From positions 1,728,001 to 1,792,000 of the forward strand of contig CAWJSJ010000002.1 of NCBI GenBank assembly GCA_963845565.1: a stretch of DNA of 64,000 bases, in the 5' to 3' direction. The DNA is from an uncultured Methylomirabilota bacterium (GTDB lineage Bacteria > Methylomirabilota > Methylomirabilia > Methylomirabilales > 2-02-FULL-66-22). Below are positions 10,362 to 20,508 of this stretch, piece after piece. Numbering within the stretch: the first letter of the stretch is position 1; each line of letters begins with the position of its first letter. The position numbers and the translations under genes are program-made. A model generated the notes under the pieces. It saw only the letters and a program-made list of their open reading frames with translations, was not told the DNA's origin and searched no databases.

Positions 10362-11639
10362 ATGTCACGTGTCACGCGGATCCTGACCGTTCTTGCCCTG
10401 GCCGTGGCGGTGGTCGTCGCGTTTACACCGGCGAGCCAGGCCGGCCAGAAGGCCGAGGTGCGATGGTTCCAGTGGAAGACCACGGAGGTGGGCGAGAAGC
10501 TCATGAACGAGCTGAAAGCCGCCTTCGAGAAGGAGCACCCGGACATCACGCTCACCCTGGTGGACAACCCGTTCCAGGGGTTCCACGACAAGGCGCTCAC
10601 GCTGTTCCAGGCGCAGAAGCTGGCGGATGTCCTGATGGTCCAGGTGGACTGGGTGGCGGAGTTCGCGGATCTGGGGATGCTGGAGCCTCTGGACGCCTGG
10701 CTCGCCAAGGAGCCCAAGGAGTTCATGGACAACATCCCGGAGGCCTTCCAGCAGAAGTGGAGGGGGAAGCAGTACTACCTGCCGCTCCACTCGGGCTGCG
10801 TGGCGCTCTACTGGAACACCGAGATCTTCAAGAACGCCGGGATCGCCGGACCGCCCAAGACCTGGGACGAGTACGTCGCAGATTGCCAAGAAGGTGACGA
10901 ACCCGGAGAAGAAGATCTTCGCGACCACGGCCACGCTGCAGATCGAGCCGCCCACCAACATGACCTATGACATCTACCCGCTGATCCTGCAGGCGGGCGG
11001 CGACATCCTCGACAGCGAAGGCCAACAAGGCCGCCTTCAACAGCCCGGCGGGCGTGAAGGCCATCGAGTGGTACGTGGACCTGGTCAACAAGCACAAGGT
11101 GGCGGTGCCCGGCGTGCTGTCGAACGGCGAGAAGGAGAAGCGGGCCAACTTCGCGCACGGGCAACATCGCCATGATGTTCGAGGGACCCTGGGGTGTCGC
11201 CATCCAGAAGAATTTGAACCAGAACCTGAAGTACGACACCGCGCCCCTGCCCAAGGGGATGACCAGCGGGACGGTGGTCCGCGGCGTCGCTCAATACGGT
11301 GACCACCCAGGCCCAGAACAAGGAGGCGGCTTGGAAGTTCGTGCGCTGGATCTCGGGCCCGGTGGGCAACGAGATGTGGGCCAAGGGGACGCGGCGATTT
11401 CCCGGCTCGGAAGGACGTGGCGGAGAAGCCGTTCTTCAAGGAGAACAAGCTCGCTCCAGGCCTTCGTGCAGCAGATGCAGCAGCCGAACGCCAAGTCGCC
11501 GTTCCTCGGGATGCCGAACGCGGTGCAGATGAACAAGATCATGACCACCGAGGTGCAGAACGTGGTCCAGGGCAAGAAGAACGCCAAGCAGGCGCTGGAC
11601 GACGCGGCGGCGGAGTGGAACAAGATCCTGGCCAAGTAG
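10362..11639 (+). CDS. Carbohydrate ABC transporter substrate-binding protein (several frameshifts, likely sequencing errors)
   Basis: Signal peptide. SBP_bac_1-like segments (PPKTWDEY, NKEAAWKFV, AKQALDDAA) are spread over frames. Confidence 0.85.
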
Positions 11640-11723
11640 CCAGCGTTCTCGTCAATTGACCAGCTGACATTGAGCCGCTCCGGTTCGCCCCTGACGTGCC
11701 GGAGCGGCTCGGTCTTCGCGCCC

Positions 11724-12611
11724 ATGACCCTGCGCCACCGCTTTCGCCACGAAATCCAGGCCTACGGTTTCCTGGGGCCGGCCCTCCTGCTCCTCGGCTT
11801 GCTCATGGTCTATCCGCTGCTCCAGGTCCTCCGGATGAGTCTGTACGAGGCCAACCTCCGGAAGGAGGTCTGGGTCGGGCTGGGAAACTACACCGCGTTG
11901 CTCCAGACCGCGCTCTTCTGGCAGGTTCTCTGGCAGACCACCCTCTTCACGGTGGGCAGCGTGGTGATGCATCTCGTGATCGGGATGGGGCTCGCGCTCC
12001 TGCTCCACACCAAGATCAACGTCCGGATCCGGAACTTCCTGCGGGGCCTGCTGATCATCCCGTGGCTGTTCGCCCCGACCGTGGCCGGCATGATCTGGGT
12101 CCTGATGCTCGCCCCCTTCGGCGTCCTGAACGGCCTGCTCACCACCCTGGGCCTCCTCGATCCGAACGCCACCATCAACTGGCTGGGGAGCCCGCAGACG
12201 TCGCTCCTCTCGGTGACGGCGATGAACATCTGGCGCGCCTTCCCGTTCTTCATGGTCATGCTCCTGGCGGGGCTCCAGGCGATCCCCGAGGACGTCTACG
12301 AGGCCGCGGATATTGACGGCACCACGGCGCGCCAGAAGTTCTGGTACATCACCCTGCCGGCGCTTCGCGGTATCATTCTGACGGTGATCCTCCTGGACTC
12401 CATCTGGACCTTCCGGGCCTTCGACCCGGTGTACGTCATGACCGGCGGGGGCCCGATCAACTCGTCCCAGGTGCTCGCGACGGTGATTTACTTTGACGCC
12501 TTCCAAAAGCTGCAGTTCGGCTACGCGTCGGCCGAGGCGGTGATCATGTTCCTGATCCTCTTTGCCTTCAGCGTGGTGTACGTGCGCCGCGCCGTGCGGG
12601 AGATCGCGTAA
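11724..12611 (+). CDS. Carbohydrate ABC permease (MalF/UgpA-like)
   Basis: EAA motif YEAADIDG, TGGGP. Confidence 0.92.
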   Translation: MTLRHRFRHEIQAYGFLGPALLLLGLLMVYPLLQVLRMSLYEANLRKEVWVGLGNYTALLQTALFWQVLWQTTLFTVGSVVMHLVIGMGLALLLHTKINVRIRNFLRGLLIIPWLFAPTVAGMIWVLMLAPFGVLNGLLTTLGLLDPNATINWLGSPQTSLLSVTAMNIWRAFPFFMVMLLAGLQAIPEDVYEAADIDGTTARQKFWYITLPALRGIILTVILLDSIWTFRAFDPVYVMTGGGPINSSQVLATVIYFDAFQKLQFGYASAEAVIMFLILFAFSVVYVRRAVREIA

Positions 12612-12612
12612 C

Positions 12613-13467
12613 ATGGCGCGCGAGAGTTGGGGCATGCGGACCCGCCGGCAGGTCGCCCACGCGGCCATCTATAGCCTCCTGGCGGCGGTGACGGTGATCA
12701 TGCTCTTCCCGGTGGCCTGGATGCTCACGGTGTCGGTCCGGCCGAACGTGGAGGTCATGAAGATCCCGCCCCAGTGGATCCCGACCGTCTTCACGCTGGA
12801 GCCCTATCTGAAGGTGCTCAGCAGCCCCCGCTATATGTGGACGTTTGTGAACAGCTATTTCATCGCGGGGGTGGTGACCGCCTTCTCGCTCTTCGTGGGG
12901 GCGCTGGCGGCCTACGCCCTGGCCCGCTTCCGCTTCAAGGGGCAGCGGGCGGTGATCATGTTCCTGATCATCACGCAGATGTTCCCGCTGGTGCTCCTCT
13001 GTATCCCGTATTTCCGGGTGGTGGTCCGACTCGGCCTCTACGACACGCTCACCGCCCTGATCGTCGTGTACACCACGTTCACGCTGCCCTTCTGCATCCT
13101 GATGCTCCGGAGCTACTTCGCCCAGATCCCCAAGGACATGGAAGAGGCGGCCATGGTGGACGGGTGCACGCGGCTGGGGGCGATCGCCCGCACGCTCGTG
13201 CCGATGTCCTTTCCGGCGCTGGTGGGGGCGGGGCTCTACACGTTCCTGCTGGCCTGGAACGAATTCCTTTTCGCCGTGGTGCTGATCGAATCCTGGGGCA
13301 AGCGGGTCCTCACCATCGCCATCTACAGCCTGCTGGCCGAGTTCGTCACCGAGTGGAGCATGATGATGGCGTTCTCGGTCCTGGCCAGCGCCCCGCTGGT
13401 GATCGCCTTCATCTTCCTGCAGCGCTATGTGGTCCAGGGCATGACGGCGGGGGCGATCAAATCATGA
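12613..13467 (+). CDS. Carbohydrate ABC permease (MalG/UgpE-like)
   Basis: EEAAMVDG, AWNEFLFA, QGMTAGAIK. Confidence 0.92.
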   Translation: MARESWGMRTRRQVAHAAIYSLLAAVTVIMLFPVAWMLTVSVRPNVEVMKIPPQWIPTVFTLEPYLKVLSSPRYMWTFVNSYFIAGVVTAFSLFVGALAAYALARFRFKGQRAVIMFLIITQMFPLVLLCIPYFRVVVRLGLYDTLTALIVVYTTFTLPFCILMLRSYFAQIPKDMEEAAMVDGCTRLGAIARTLVPMSFPALVGAGLYTFLLAWNEFLFAVVLIESWGKRVLTIAIYSLLAEFVTEWSMMMAFSVLASAPLVIAFIFLQRYVVQGMTAGAIKS

Positions 13468-14417
13468 GCGAAGGCGCCCCGGCCAGCCAATCCTGGGACG
13501 TCGTGGGGTTCGGCGTCAACGCGCTGGATCTGATCGCCATCATCGACGGCTACCCGGAGCCCGACACCAAGGCGCAGTTCCAGACCTTCGACGTGCAGGG
13601 GGGCGGGGTGACGGCCACGGCGATGGCGGCTGCAGCCCGACTGGGGTTGCGGGCCCGGTACATCGGCAAGGTGGGGGGCGATTTCTGGTCGCGCCTGTCG
13701 CTCAAGACGCTGTCCCGGGAAGGGGTGGACGTCCGGCACGTCATCCGCGTCAAGGACAGCCCGGGTCATGTGAGTCTGGTGCTGGCCGATCGCGCCACCG
13801 GGCAGCGGACGCTGTTCTTCCGCCGCCCGCCGGCCTACGCCATCCGCCCGGACGAGTTGGATCGGGCGGCGATCACCTCGGGGCGGCTCCTGCACGTGGA
13901 TGGCATCGACTCGGACGCCGCGGTTCGGGCCATCGAGTGGGCCCGCCACGCCGGCATGCGGGTGACCATGGACGGGGAACGGATCGTGCCCGGGATCGAG
14001 CGGGTCTGGCCGCAGGTGGATCTCTTGGTGTGTAACCCCCGCTTCATCCGTGGGACGACGGGCCACGCCGCGGTCGCGGACGGCCTCCGCGAGTTGGCGG
14101 AACGCGGGCCGGCCCGCGTTGCGGTGACGCTGGCCGAGGAGGGGGTCCTGGGGTACGAACGCGGCCAGTGGGTCCGCGTGCCCGGCTTCCGGATCGAGCC
14201 CGTGGACACGAACGGGGCCGGCGATGTGTTCCATGGGGCCTGCACCGTGGGTGAGCTCCGCGGCTGGCCCCTCGCGTGGACGCTCACCTTCGCCAACGCC
14301 GTGGCCGCCATGAAGTGCCGGTTCCTGGGCGGCCGGCGCGGCATTCCCCGCCTGCCCGAGGTGGCCGAGTTCCTCGCGGCCCACGGGCACCGGGAGATCG
14401 CCGCAGCGATCAGTTAG
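13464..14417 (+). CDS. PfkB family carbohydrate kinase
   Basis: GGG...ARLG N-terminal motif and DTNGAGDVFHG signature. Confidence 0.9.
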   Translation: MSEGAPASQSWDVVGFGVNALDLIAIIDGYPEPDTKAQFQTFDVQGGGVTATAMAAAARLGLRARYIGKVGGDFWSRLSLKTLSREGVDVRHVIRVKDSPGHVSLVLADRATGQRTLFFRRPPAYAIRPDELDRAAITSGRLLHVDGIDSDAAVRAIEWARHAGMRVTMDGERIVPGIERVWPQVDLLVCNPRFIRGTTGHAAVADGLRELAERGPARVAVTLAEEGVLGYERGQWVRVPGFRIEPVDTNGAGDVFHGACTVGELRGWPLAWTLTFANAVAAMKCRFLGGRRGIPRLPEVAEFLAAHGHREIAAAIS

Positions 14418-14517
14418 GAGCCGTTACGAAATAACTTGGCCATTTTTTGGTTTCGTTACGGCTCCTTATGCCGTTTACGGAATTTCTCCGGTCAAGTTAT
14501 TCTTTGACAACGGCTTG
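14415..14517 (+). mobile_element. Short bipartite inverted-repeat element, family A copy 2
   Basis: Near-identical ends to copy 1. Overlaps the stop codons of both convergent flanking genes. Confidence 0.7.
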
Positions 14518-15749
14518 ACCCGGCCGTCGTGGTCTTCGACGGAAAGCCAGTCGGTACAGGCCCGCACGTCTTCCAGCACACGCCCGCAGATCTCGTCGCA
14601 CACCAGGTAGCCCTTCGCGGTCAATCGGAGTATGCCGCCCTCCGCACAGGCGAGGTCCGCTTCGGTCATCCCTCTCAACATCTCGCGTTGCCGGGTTGCG
14701 AGATCGTACCCCAGGTCCGCGGTGAGGCCCACCAGGTCGAGGCCGCTGCTCCTGAGCCCCAGGAAGATCCGCTCGCTGACCATCTCGCGGATCCCGATCC
14801 GTTCCCTGCCGGCGACGGGCAGCGAGCCTTCCTGTAGCCGCTCCCGATAGCGGGACAGATCGGCGACGTTCCAGCAGCGCTCGCCGACCCTTCCCCCGGC
14901 CTCCGTCCGGAACGAATGCGCCGAGGGGCCCAGCCCGAGGTAGTCCTGATGACCCCAATAGGCGGCGTTGTGCCGGCAGCGGAAGCCCGGGAGGGCGTAG
15001 TTCGACACCTCGTAGTGCTCATATCCGTGCGCGGCGAACGCCTCCATGGTCCGTTCGTACATTCGCGCGTCGTCATCGGTGGAATGGGTGTGTACCGTGC
15101 CGGCATGCACCATGTGGGCGAGGGGGGTGTGTTCCTCGACGATCAGGTTGTAGGCGGCAAGATGCTGGGGCGCGAGGTCCGCGGCGGTGCGGAGGTTCTC
15201 CTCCCAGTGTTCCAGCGTTTGGCCCGGGATCGAGTAGATCAGGTCAATGCCGAGATTGTCGAAGCCGGCGGTGCGGCTGAGGTCAATACACCGGAACGCG
15301 TCGGCCGCGTTGTGGACGCGACCGAGAACATCGAGATCTTCGCCGCGAAACGACTGAATCCCGATGCTCAGCCGGTTGACGCCGAGGGACCGGAAGGTTC
15401 GCAGAGACTCCTTGTGCACCGTGCCGGGGTTTGCCTCCAGGGTAATCTCGGCGTCTGTCGCGATCTGAAACGCGGCGCGCAGGCGGGAGAGAATCCATTC
15501 AAGCTGTCGGGGGGTCAGCAACGACGGGGTGCCGCCGCCGAAGAAGACGGTCCGGAAGGCGGTTCCATCCTGCTCAGGGGCCCGGAGCGCGATCTCGCGC
15601 GCCAGCGCCGCCAGGAAGTCCTCGATCAGGTCGGGGCGCTCGACCGAATAGAAGTCGCAATAGAGGCACTTCCGCTCACAGAAGGGGATATGGATATAGA
15701 GAGATGGCAGCGGGCACCTCCCACCTCGTCGTTGGACTCGGCCTACCAT
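14475..15749 (-). CDS. hemW: Radical SAM heme chaperone HemW (HemN-like); exact start uncertain
   Basis: YIHIPFCERKCLYCDF, GGGTPS, YEVSNY, HNAAYW, YLGLGPSAHS. Confidence 0.88.
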   Translation of the reverse strand: MVGRVQRRGGRCPLPSLYIHIPFCERKCLYCDFYSVERPDLIEDFLAALAREIALRAPEQDGTAFRTVFFGGGTPSLLTPRQLEWILSRLRAAFQIATDAEITLEANPGTVHKESLRTFRSLGVNRLSIGIQSFRGEDLDVLGRVHNAADAFRCIDLSRTAGFDNLGIDLIYSIPGQTLEHWEENLRTAADLAPQHLAAYNLIVEEHTPLAHMVHAGTVHTHSTDDDARMYERTMEAFAAHGYEHYEVSNYALPGFRCRHNAAYWGHQDYLGLGPSAHSFRTEAGGRVGERCWNVADLSRYRERLQEGSLPVAGRERIGIREMVSERIFLGLRSSGLDLVGLTADLGYDLATRQREMLRGMTEADLACAEGGILRLTAKGYLVCDEICGRVLEDVRACTDWLSVEDHDGRVKPLSKNNLTGEIP

Positions 15750-15764
15750 CTGCGGACCGCGATT

Positions 15765-16466
15765 CTACGCCCACGGGCGTTCCAGCATCTCCCGGGTTTC
15801 CTCCACGGCCACCGTCCAGATGGCGTCCATCTCGGCGTCCGGGCGCTGGTGGTAGCCGCCGTAGTTCCCGTCGCCGAGCAGGGCGCGCAGCGCCGGCGGG
15901 TCCGAGAGGCGCACACGGTCCAGGTCCACCATGGGCTTTCGGTCGCCGGGCAGGGCGACGCCGGCGAGGCGCGTCCAGGGGAAATTCTCCATCCACGAGC
16001 CGTGCGAGGCGACCGGATCTATCTCCAGGACCTTCGCCCAGGTGCGCGGGGCTCTCCACCAGTCGTGGAAACGCACCCGCACGCCCGGGTGGTCCGCCAT
16101 CCACTCACCGGCCAGCGCCTGCGCGGGGGCGTTTCCGCCGTGTCCGTTCACCAGCAGGATCCGCCGGAAGCCGCTGTGTGCCAGGCTGTCGAGGAGGTCG
16201 CGGACGATCGCGAGATAGGTCTCGACCCGCAGGGACACCGAGCCCGGGTAGGCCCGGAAATACGGGCTGATCCCGTAGGGAAGGGCCGGAAACACCGGCA
16301 CGCCGAGCGGTTCCGCCGCCTCGACCGCCACCCGCTCGGCCAGGATGGCGTCGGTCCCCAGGCTGAGATGGGCGTGCTGCTCCGTGCTGCCCAGCGGGAG
16401 CACGGCCCGGTCCTCATGCCGCAGGTTCGCTTCGACCTGCATCCAGTTCCGTTGATAGATTCGCAT
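15765..16466 (-). CDS. Creatininase family amidohydrolase
   Basis: PLGSTEQHAHL, NGHGGN, SHGSWME. Confidence 0.9.
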   Translation of the reverse strand: MRIYQRNWMQVEANLRHEDRAVLPLGSTEQHAHLSLGTDAILAERVAVEAAEPLGVPVFPALPYGISPYFRAYPGSVSLRVETYLAIVRDLLDSLAHSGFRRILLVNGHGGNAPAQALAGEWMADHPGVRVRFHDWWRAPRTWAKVLEIDPVASHGSWMENFPWTRLAGVALPGDRKPMVDLDRVRLSDPPALRALLGDGNYGGYHQRPDAEMDAIWTVAVEETREMLERPWA

Positions 16467-16728
16467 CCGGCCTCCCGTTGATCTCGTTGCGTCAATCATG
16501 GGCAGAGACCGCCACGCCAAGCCGCGCTCGGCCACGGTCCGTGGGGGATGAGAATGGCCCGGGGGCGTGGTATTGTCAAGGGCCGAGACGACTTCGATTT
16601 CGAGTTTGCCCTTGACAGTCCGGTTCCTGAGCGGGCATCCTGCCCCGGTCCCGAGGGAGCAAACGCCGGTCGCGAACTCGGCGCGAGATGTTCTGCGGCG
16701 TTCGACCACATCACAAATGGAGCCCGAC

Positions 16729-17496
16729 ATGGGAAACGGCAGCGCACCCGCGCGACTGTCCTACGAGGCGCTACTCGAACTGAAGCGCTGGAACACCCCG
16801 AGTGTGTACAACGGCTGGGAAGCCATCACCAGCAAGAATCGCGCGAAGGGCCACTTCAACCTGGAAGAGACGCGAGACTACATGCCGCAGATGGGGCCGA
16901 TGGTCGGCTATGCGATGACCGTGGTCATCGAGCCGAGCAACCCCGACCACCCGAAGACCAACCCGAATGTGTGGAGCGAGTACCGACGCTATGTCGCCGG
17001 TGCGCCCGGACCGAAGATCGTCGTCGTCCAGGATCTGGACAAACCGCAATTTGTCGGCGCGTATTGGGGCGAGGTCAACAGCAATACCCACCGGGCGCTG
17101 GGGTGCGTGGGGACGATCGTCGATGGGACCATCCGCGACGTGGACGAGATGTGCAACGCCGGGTTCAAGGCCCTCGCCAAGCGCACCAGCGTCGGCCACG
17201 CGTATTCCGTGCCGGTCCGATGGAACTGCGACGTAGAGGTGTTCGGGTGCCCGGTGCGGCCGGGCCAGCTGATTCACGCCGATAAACATGGATTCCTGGT
17301 CGTGCCGGAAGAAGACGAGGCCGCGCTGCTCGACGCCTGCCGCTTCATGGACGCCAACGAGTGCCGCACGCTGATCCCGGCGGCCCGGGCCACGGCAGGC
17401 AAGACCATGGACGAGATCCTCCGCGGTATGGACGAGGCCGGGCGGCAGTTCGACAAGGCGGCGCGCGCCCGGTTCGGCGCCAAGGGGGAGTGGTAA
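16729..17496 (+). CDS. RraA/HMG-aldolase family protein
   Basis: WGEVN, DGTIRDVDE, PGQLIHADKHG. Confidence 0.85.
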   Translation: MGNGSAPARLSYEALLELKRWNTPSVYNGWEAITSKNRAKGHFNLEETRDYMPQMGPMVGYAMTVVIEPSNPDHPKTNPNVWSEYRRYVAGAPGPKIVVVQDLDKPQFVGAYWGEVNSNTHRALGCVGTIVDGTIRDVDEMCNAGFKALAKRTSVGHAYSVPVRWNCDVEVFGCPVRPGQLIHADKHGFLVVPEEDEAALLDACRFMDANECRTLIPAARATAGKTMDEILRGMDEAGRQFDKAARARFGAKGEW

Positions 17497-17571
17497 ACGC
17501 CGACGCCGAACCTTTTTTTGACGAAGCGGATGAGCTTGCCGAGACGCACGACAGCAAGGGGAGGGGGGGCG

Positions 17572-18348
17572 ATGCGACAAACACGGATGACCGGAGTGCT
17601 GGCCGGACTGTTCTTCGCTGTAGCGGCAGGCAATGCCGTTCCGGCGGGCGCGGCCGAGATCCGGGTCCTGAGCGCAGGCGCGGTGAAGGCGGCGGTCGTG
17701 GACCTGGCGAAAGACTTCGAGCGCGACACCGGCCACACGGTCCGGTTCACCTTTGCCACCGTGGGCGTCCTGCAGAAGAAGATCGCCGAGGGGGAGACCG
17801 CCGACCTCTTCATCATGACCGACGTGGCACTTGAGGAGCAGATGCGCAACGGCACGGTCGCGGTCGGAAGTCGCACCGACATCGCACGGGTGGGGGTTGG
17901 GGTCGCGGTGCGGGCGGGGTCGCGCCTGCCGGACATCTCTACCACGGAGGCGTTCAGGCAGACGGTGCTGGCGGCGACGTCGATTGTCTACATGGATCCG
18001 ACCAAGGGGGGCACCAGCGGAATCCATTTCGCGGCCGTGCTGCAGCGGCTGGGGATTGCCGATCAGGTGCGGGAGAAGACGACGCTCTGGCCCGAGGGCT
18101 ACGCCGCCGAGGCGGTGGCCAAGGGCGACGTCGAGCTCTGCATCCACCAGATCAGCGAGATCCTGGCCGTCAAGGGGGTCACGCTCGCGGGCCCGCTCCC
18201 ACGGGAACTGCAAAAAGTGAGCGTCTATTCCGCAGGCGTGGCTGCGCGGGCGAGCGCGCCGGAGGCGGCGACCATGTTCCTCGCCTTCCTCCAGACCCCA
18301 TCGTCGCGGGCCAAGTTCAAGCAGGTCGGTCTCGACTACACGGAATGA
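17572..18348 (+). CDS. Orphan ModA-like ABC substrate-binding protein
   Basis: Signal peptide, LSAGA, GGTSG, QISE, GPLP motifs of the ModA-like SBP subfamily. Confidence 0.8.
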   Translation: MRQTRMTGVLAGLFFAVAAGNAVPAGAAEIRVLSAGAVKAAVVDLAKDFERDTGHTVRFTFATVGVLQKKIAEGETADLFIMTDVALEEQMRNGTVAVGSRTDIARVGVGVAVRAGSRLPDISTTEAFRQTVLAATSIVYMDPTKGGTSGIHFAAVLQRLGIADQVREKTTLWPEGYAAEAVAKGDVELCIHQISEILAVKGVTLAGPLPRELQKVSVYSAGVAARASAPEAATMFLAFLQTPSSRAKFKQVGLDYTE

Positions 18349-18368
18349 TCCCGGCCGGCGGCGGCCCC

Positions 18369-19055
18369 CTAGCGCCGAGGTGGCCCCGGCGGTGGGGTAC
18401 GGCTCGCCACGATCTTGGTCAGAACTTCTCTGGCGTGGCTCTCCAGTGCCAGCCATCGGATGCTGTGGCGGTATCCGCTTTCGTCCGCCGGCCGCCCGTG
18501 TCCGATATCGGCCGCCACGACCTCCGCGCGTCCACGAAAGACCAGCCCGTCCACCACCATGAAGACCTCCACCTGGGCGAAGCGCGGGAGACGCTTGGCG
18601 ACGCACACCTGCGCACCGCCCAGACTCACATCGATGATCTCGCCGCTCACGGGCGGGCTCGGCCAGAAATCCTTGGCATCCAGGAGGCGGCACTCCACCC
18701 GAACATTGAGGGTCACCCGCGGGTGTTGGCGAGCGGGCTGCGCTCCTCCCCGTCCCTCCGTACCGACGGTGAGGCTGCTGCCCTGCTCCATGTGGGTGAT
18801 CTTAGAAGAGGGCGGCACGTAGATCACGCCCCGGCCGATCAGCGTCTTCTCCACGTGGGAGAGTGCCCGGACGAGGCTCGGCAGCAGGCTGGCCGGTATG
18901 GCGACGGCTTCCGCGGCGCGCACCGGTTCCGCGCCGGCGGCGCCGGTACGCCCGTACATCCGCAATTCCACCTGCGGGTCACCCTCCTCGGTCCGGAGCG
19001 AGATCCACATCTCCTCCGTCTGGTTGTACAGCAGTCGCTCGAGTCTCTCAGCCAT
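18369..19055 (-). CDS. PC4/YdbC-like N-terminal domain fused to a PilZ domain
   Basis: PilZ RQHPR (RxxxR) and DVSLGG (DxSxxG). The N-terminus NQTEEMWISL..VELRMY..LLPSLVRAL resembles the bacterial PC4 pattern. Confidence 0.7.
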   Translation of the reverse strand: MAERLERLLYNQTEEMWISLRTEEGDPQVELRMYGRTGAAGAEPVRAAEAVAIPASLLPSLVRALSHVEKTLIGRGVIYVPPSSKITHMEQGSSLTVGTEGRGGAQPARQHPRVTLNVRVECRLLDAKDFWPSPPVSGEIIDVSLGGAQVCVAKRLPRFAQVEVFMVVDGLVFRGRAEVVAADIGHGRPADESGYRHSIRWLALESHAREVLTKIVASRTPPPGPPRR

Positions 19056-19202
19056 GATCAGATCTCCAGCACGTTGGGGACGGGCCGTCGAGGCCTACGA
19101 CCCCGTCCAGTGCGCATCCCGAGCCCCCGACGGTTCAAGACGAATACGCCCCAGTGACGGCGATGACCGGAATCGCCCGGTGAATGACCCGGTCCATGTG
19201 GA

Positions 19203-19231
19203 ACCTACCGAACGGATGACCGAATGTCAAT
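19203..19231 (-). promoter_or_regulatory. Putative sigma-70 promoter of the PilZ gene
   Basis: TTGACA-17 nt-TAGGTT on the minus strand. Confidence 0.5.
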
Positions 19232-19311
19232 CCAGAGAGCGGTCTACCGAGGCGGCCCTTTCGGCACACCTTCCCGCGCGACGTCAGCCGCGCCGCCGCC
19301 GTGTTTCCCGG

Positions 19312-20434
19312 CTAGCGGGCCAGCAGGGCCAGGATCGCGCCGCCGGCCATCACCGAGCCGATCTGGCCGGCCGTGTTCGATCCCATGGCGTGCATGAGGA
19401 GGAAGTTGTTCGGGTTGGCCTCCAGGCCGACCCGGTTGACGACCCGGGCCGACATGGGGAAGGCGGAGATGCCCGAGGCGCCGATCAGCGGGTTCACCTT
19501 GCCGCGGGAGACGAGGCAGAGCAGCTTGCCGAAGCCGAGTCCCGCCACGGTGTCCAGGGCGAACGCGACCAGACCCATGCCGAGGATGAACAGCGTCTGG
19601 GCCGTGAGGAACTTGTCGGCGGACATGGTGGAGCCGATGGTCAGGCCCAGGAAGATGGTGACCACGTTGATCAGCTCGTTCTGGGCGGCATTGGACAGGC
19701 GCTCCACGACCCCGGCCTCACGCAGCAGATTGCCGAACATCAGCATGCCGATCAGGGGGGTCGACATCGGGGCGATCAGGCCGCAGACCAGGGTGGTCAC
19801 GATGGGAAAGAGGACCCGAGTGGCCTTCGAGACCGGCCTCGTCGGTGTAGGGCATCACGATGGCCCGCTCTGCCGGCGTGGTGAGCGCCCGCATGATGGG
19901 CGGCTGGATGATCGGGACCAGGGACATGTACGAATACGCCGCCACGGCGATGGGTGCCAGCAGGTCGGGCGCCAGGATGGAGGCCACGTAGATGGAGGTC
20001 GGTCCGTCGGCGGAGCCGATGATGCCGATGGAGGCCGCCTGGTTGATGTCGAACCCGAGGAGGGTCGCCATGAGCAGGGTGCCGAAGATCCCGAACTGGG
20101 CCGCGGCGCCGAGGATCACCGTATAGGGCCGCTCCAGCAGGGGGCCGAAATCGGTCATGGCCCCGACACCGATGAAGATCAGCAGCGGGAACAGCTCGTT
20201 CTTGATGCCCATGGCGTAGAGGACGCCGAAGAGACCCTCGACCTCCGTCATCCCGGTGACGGGGATGTTGGTCAGGATGCAGCCGATTCCGATCGGGAGC
20301 AGCAGGACCGGCTCGTATTCCTTGACGATGGCCAGGTAGATCAGGATCCCGCCGACCAGGATCATGACCAGGTGGCCCCATCCGAAATTTGCGAAACCCT
20401 CAACCAGCTTGGCGGTGACCTTCGGATCAATCAT
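19312..20434 (-). CDS. oadB: Na+-translocating decarboxylase beta subunit (frameshift near 19845)
   Basis: [46 protein letters not shown]. Confidence 0.9.
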
Positions 20435-20508
20435 GCCCGTTCACCTGTTGGCGGAAGAGTTGGCGACACATCCGACCGCAGTCGACGGCGGCCGGCGTGG
20501 TAACCGGT

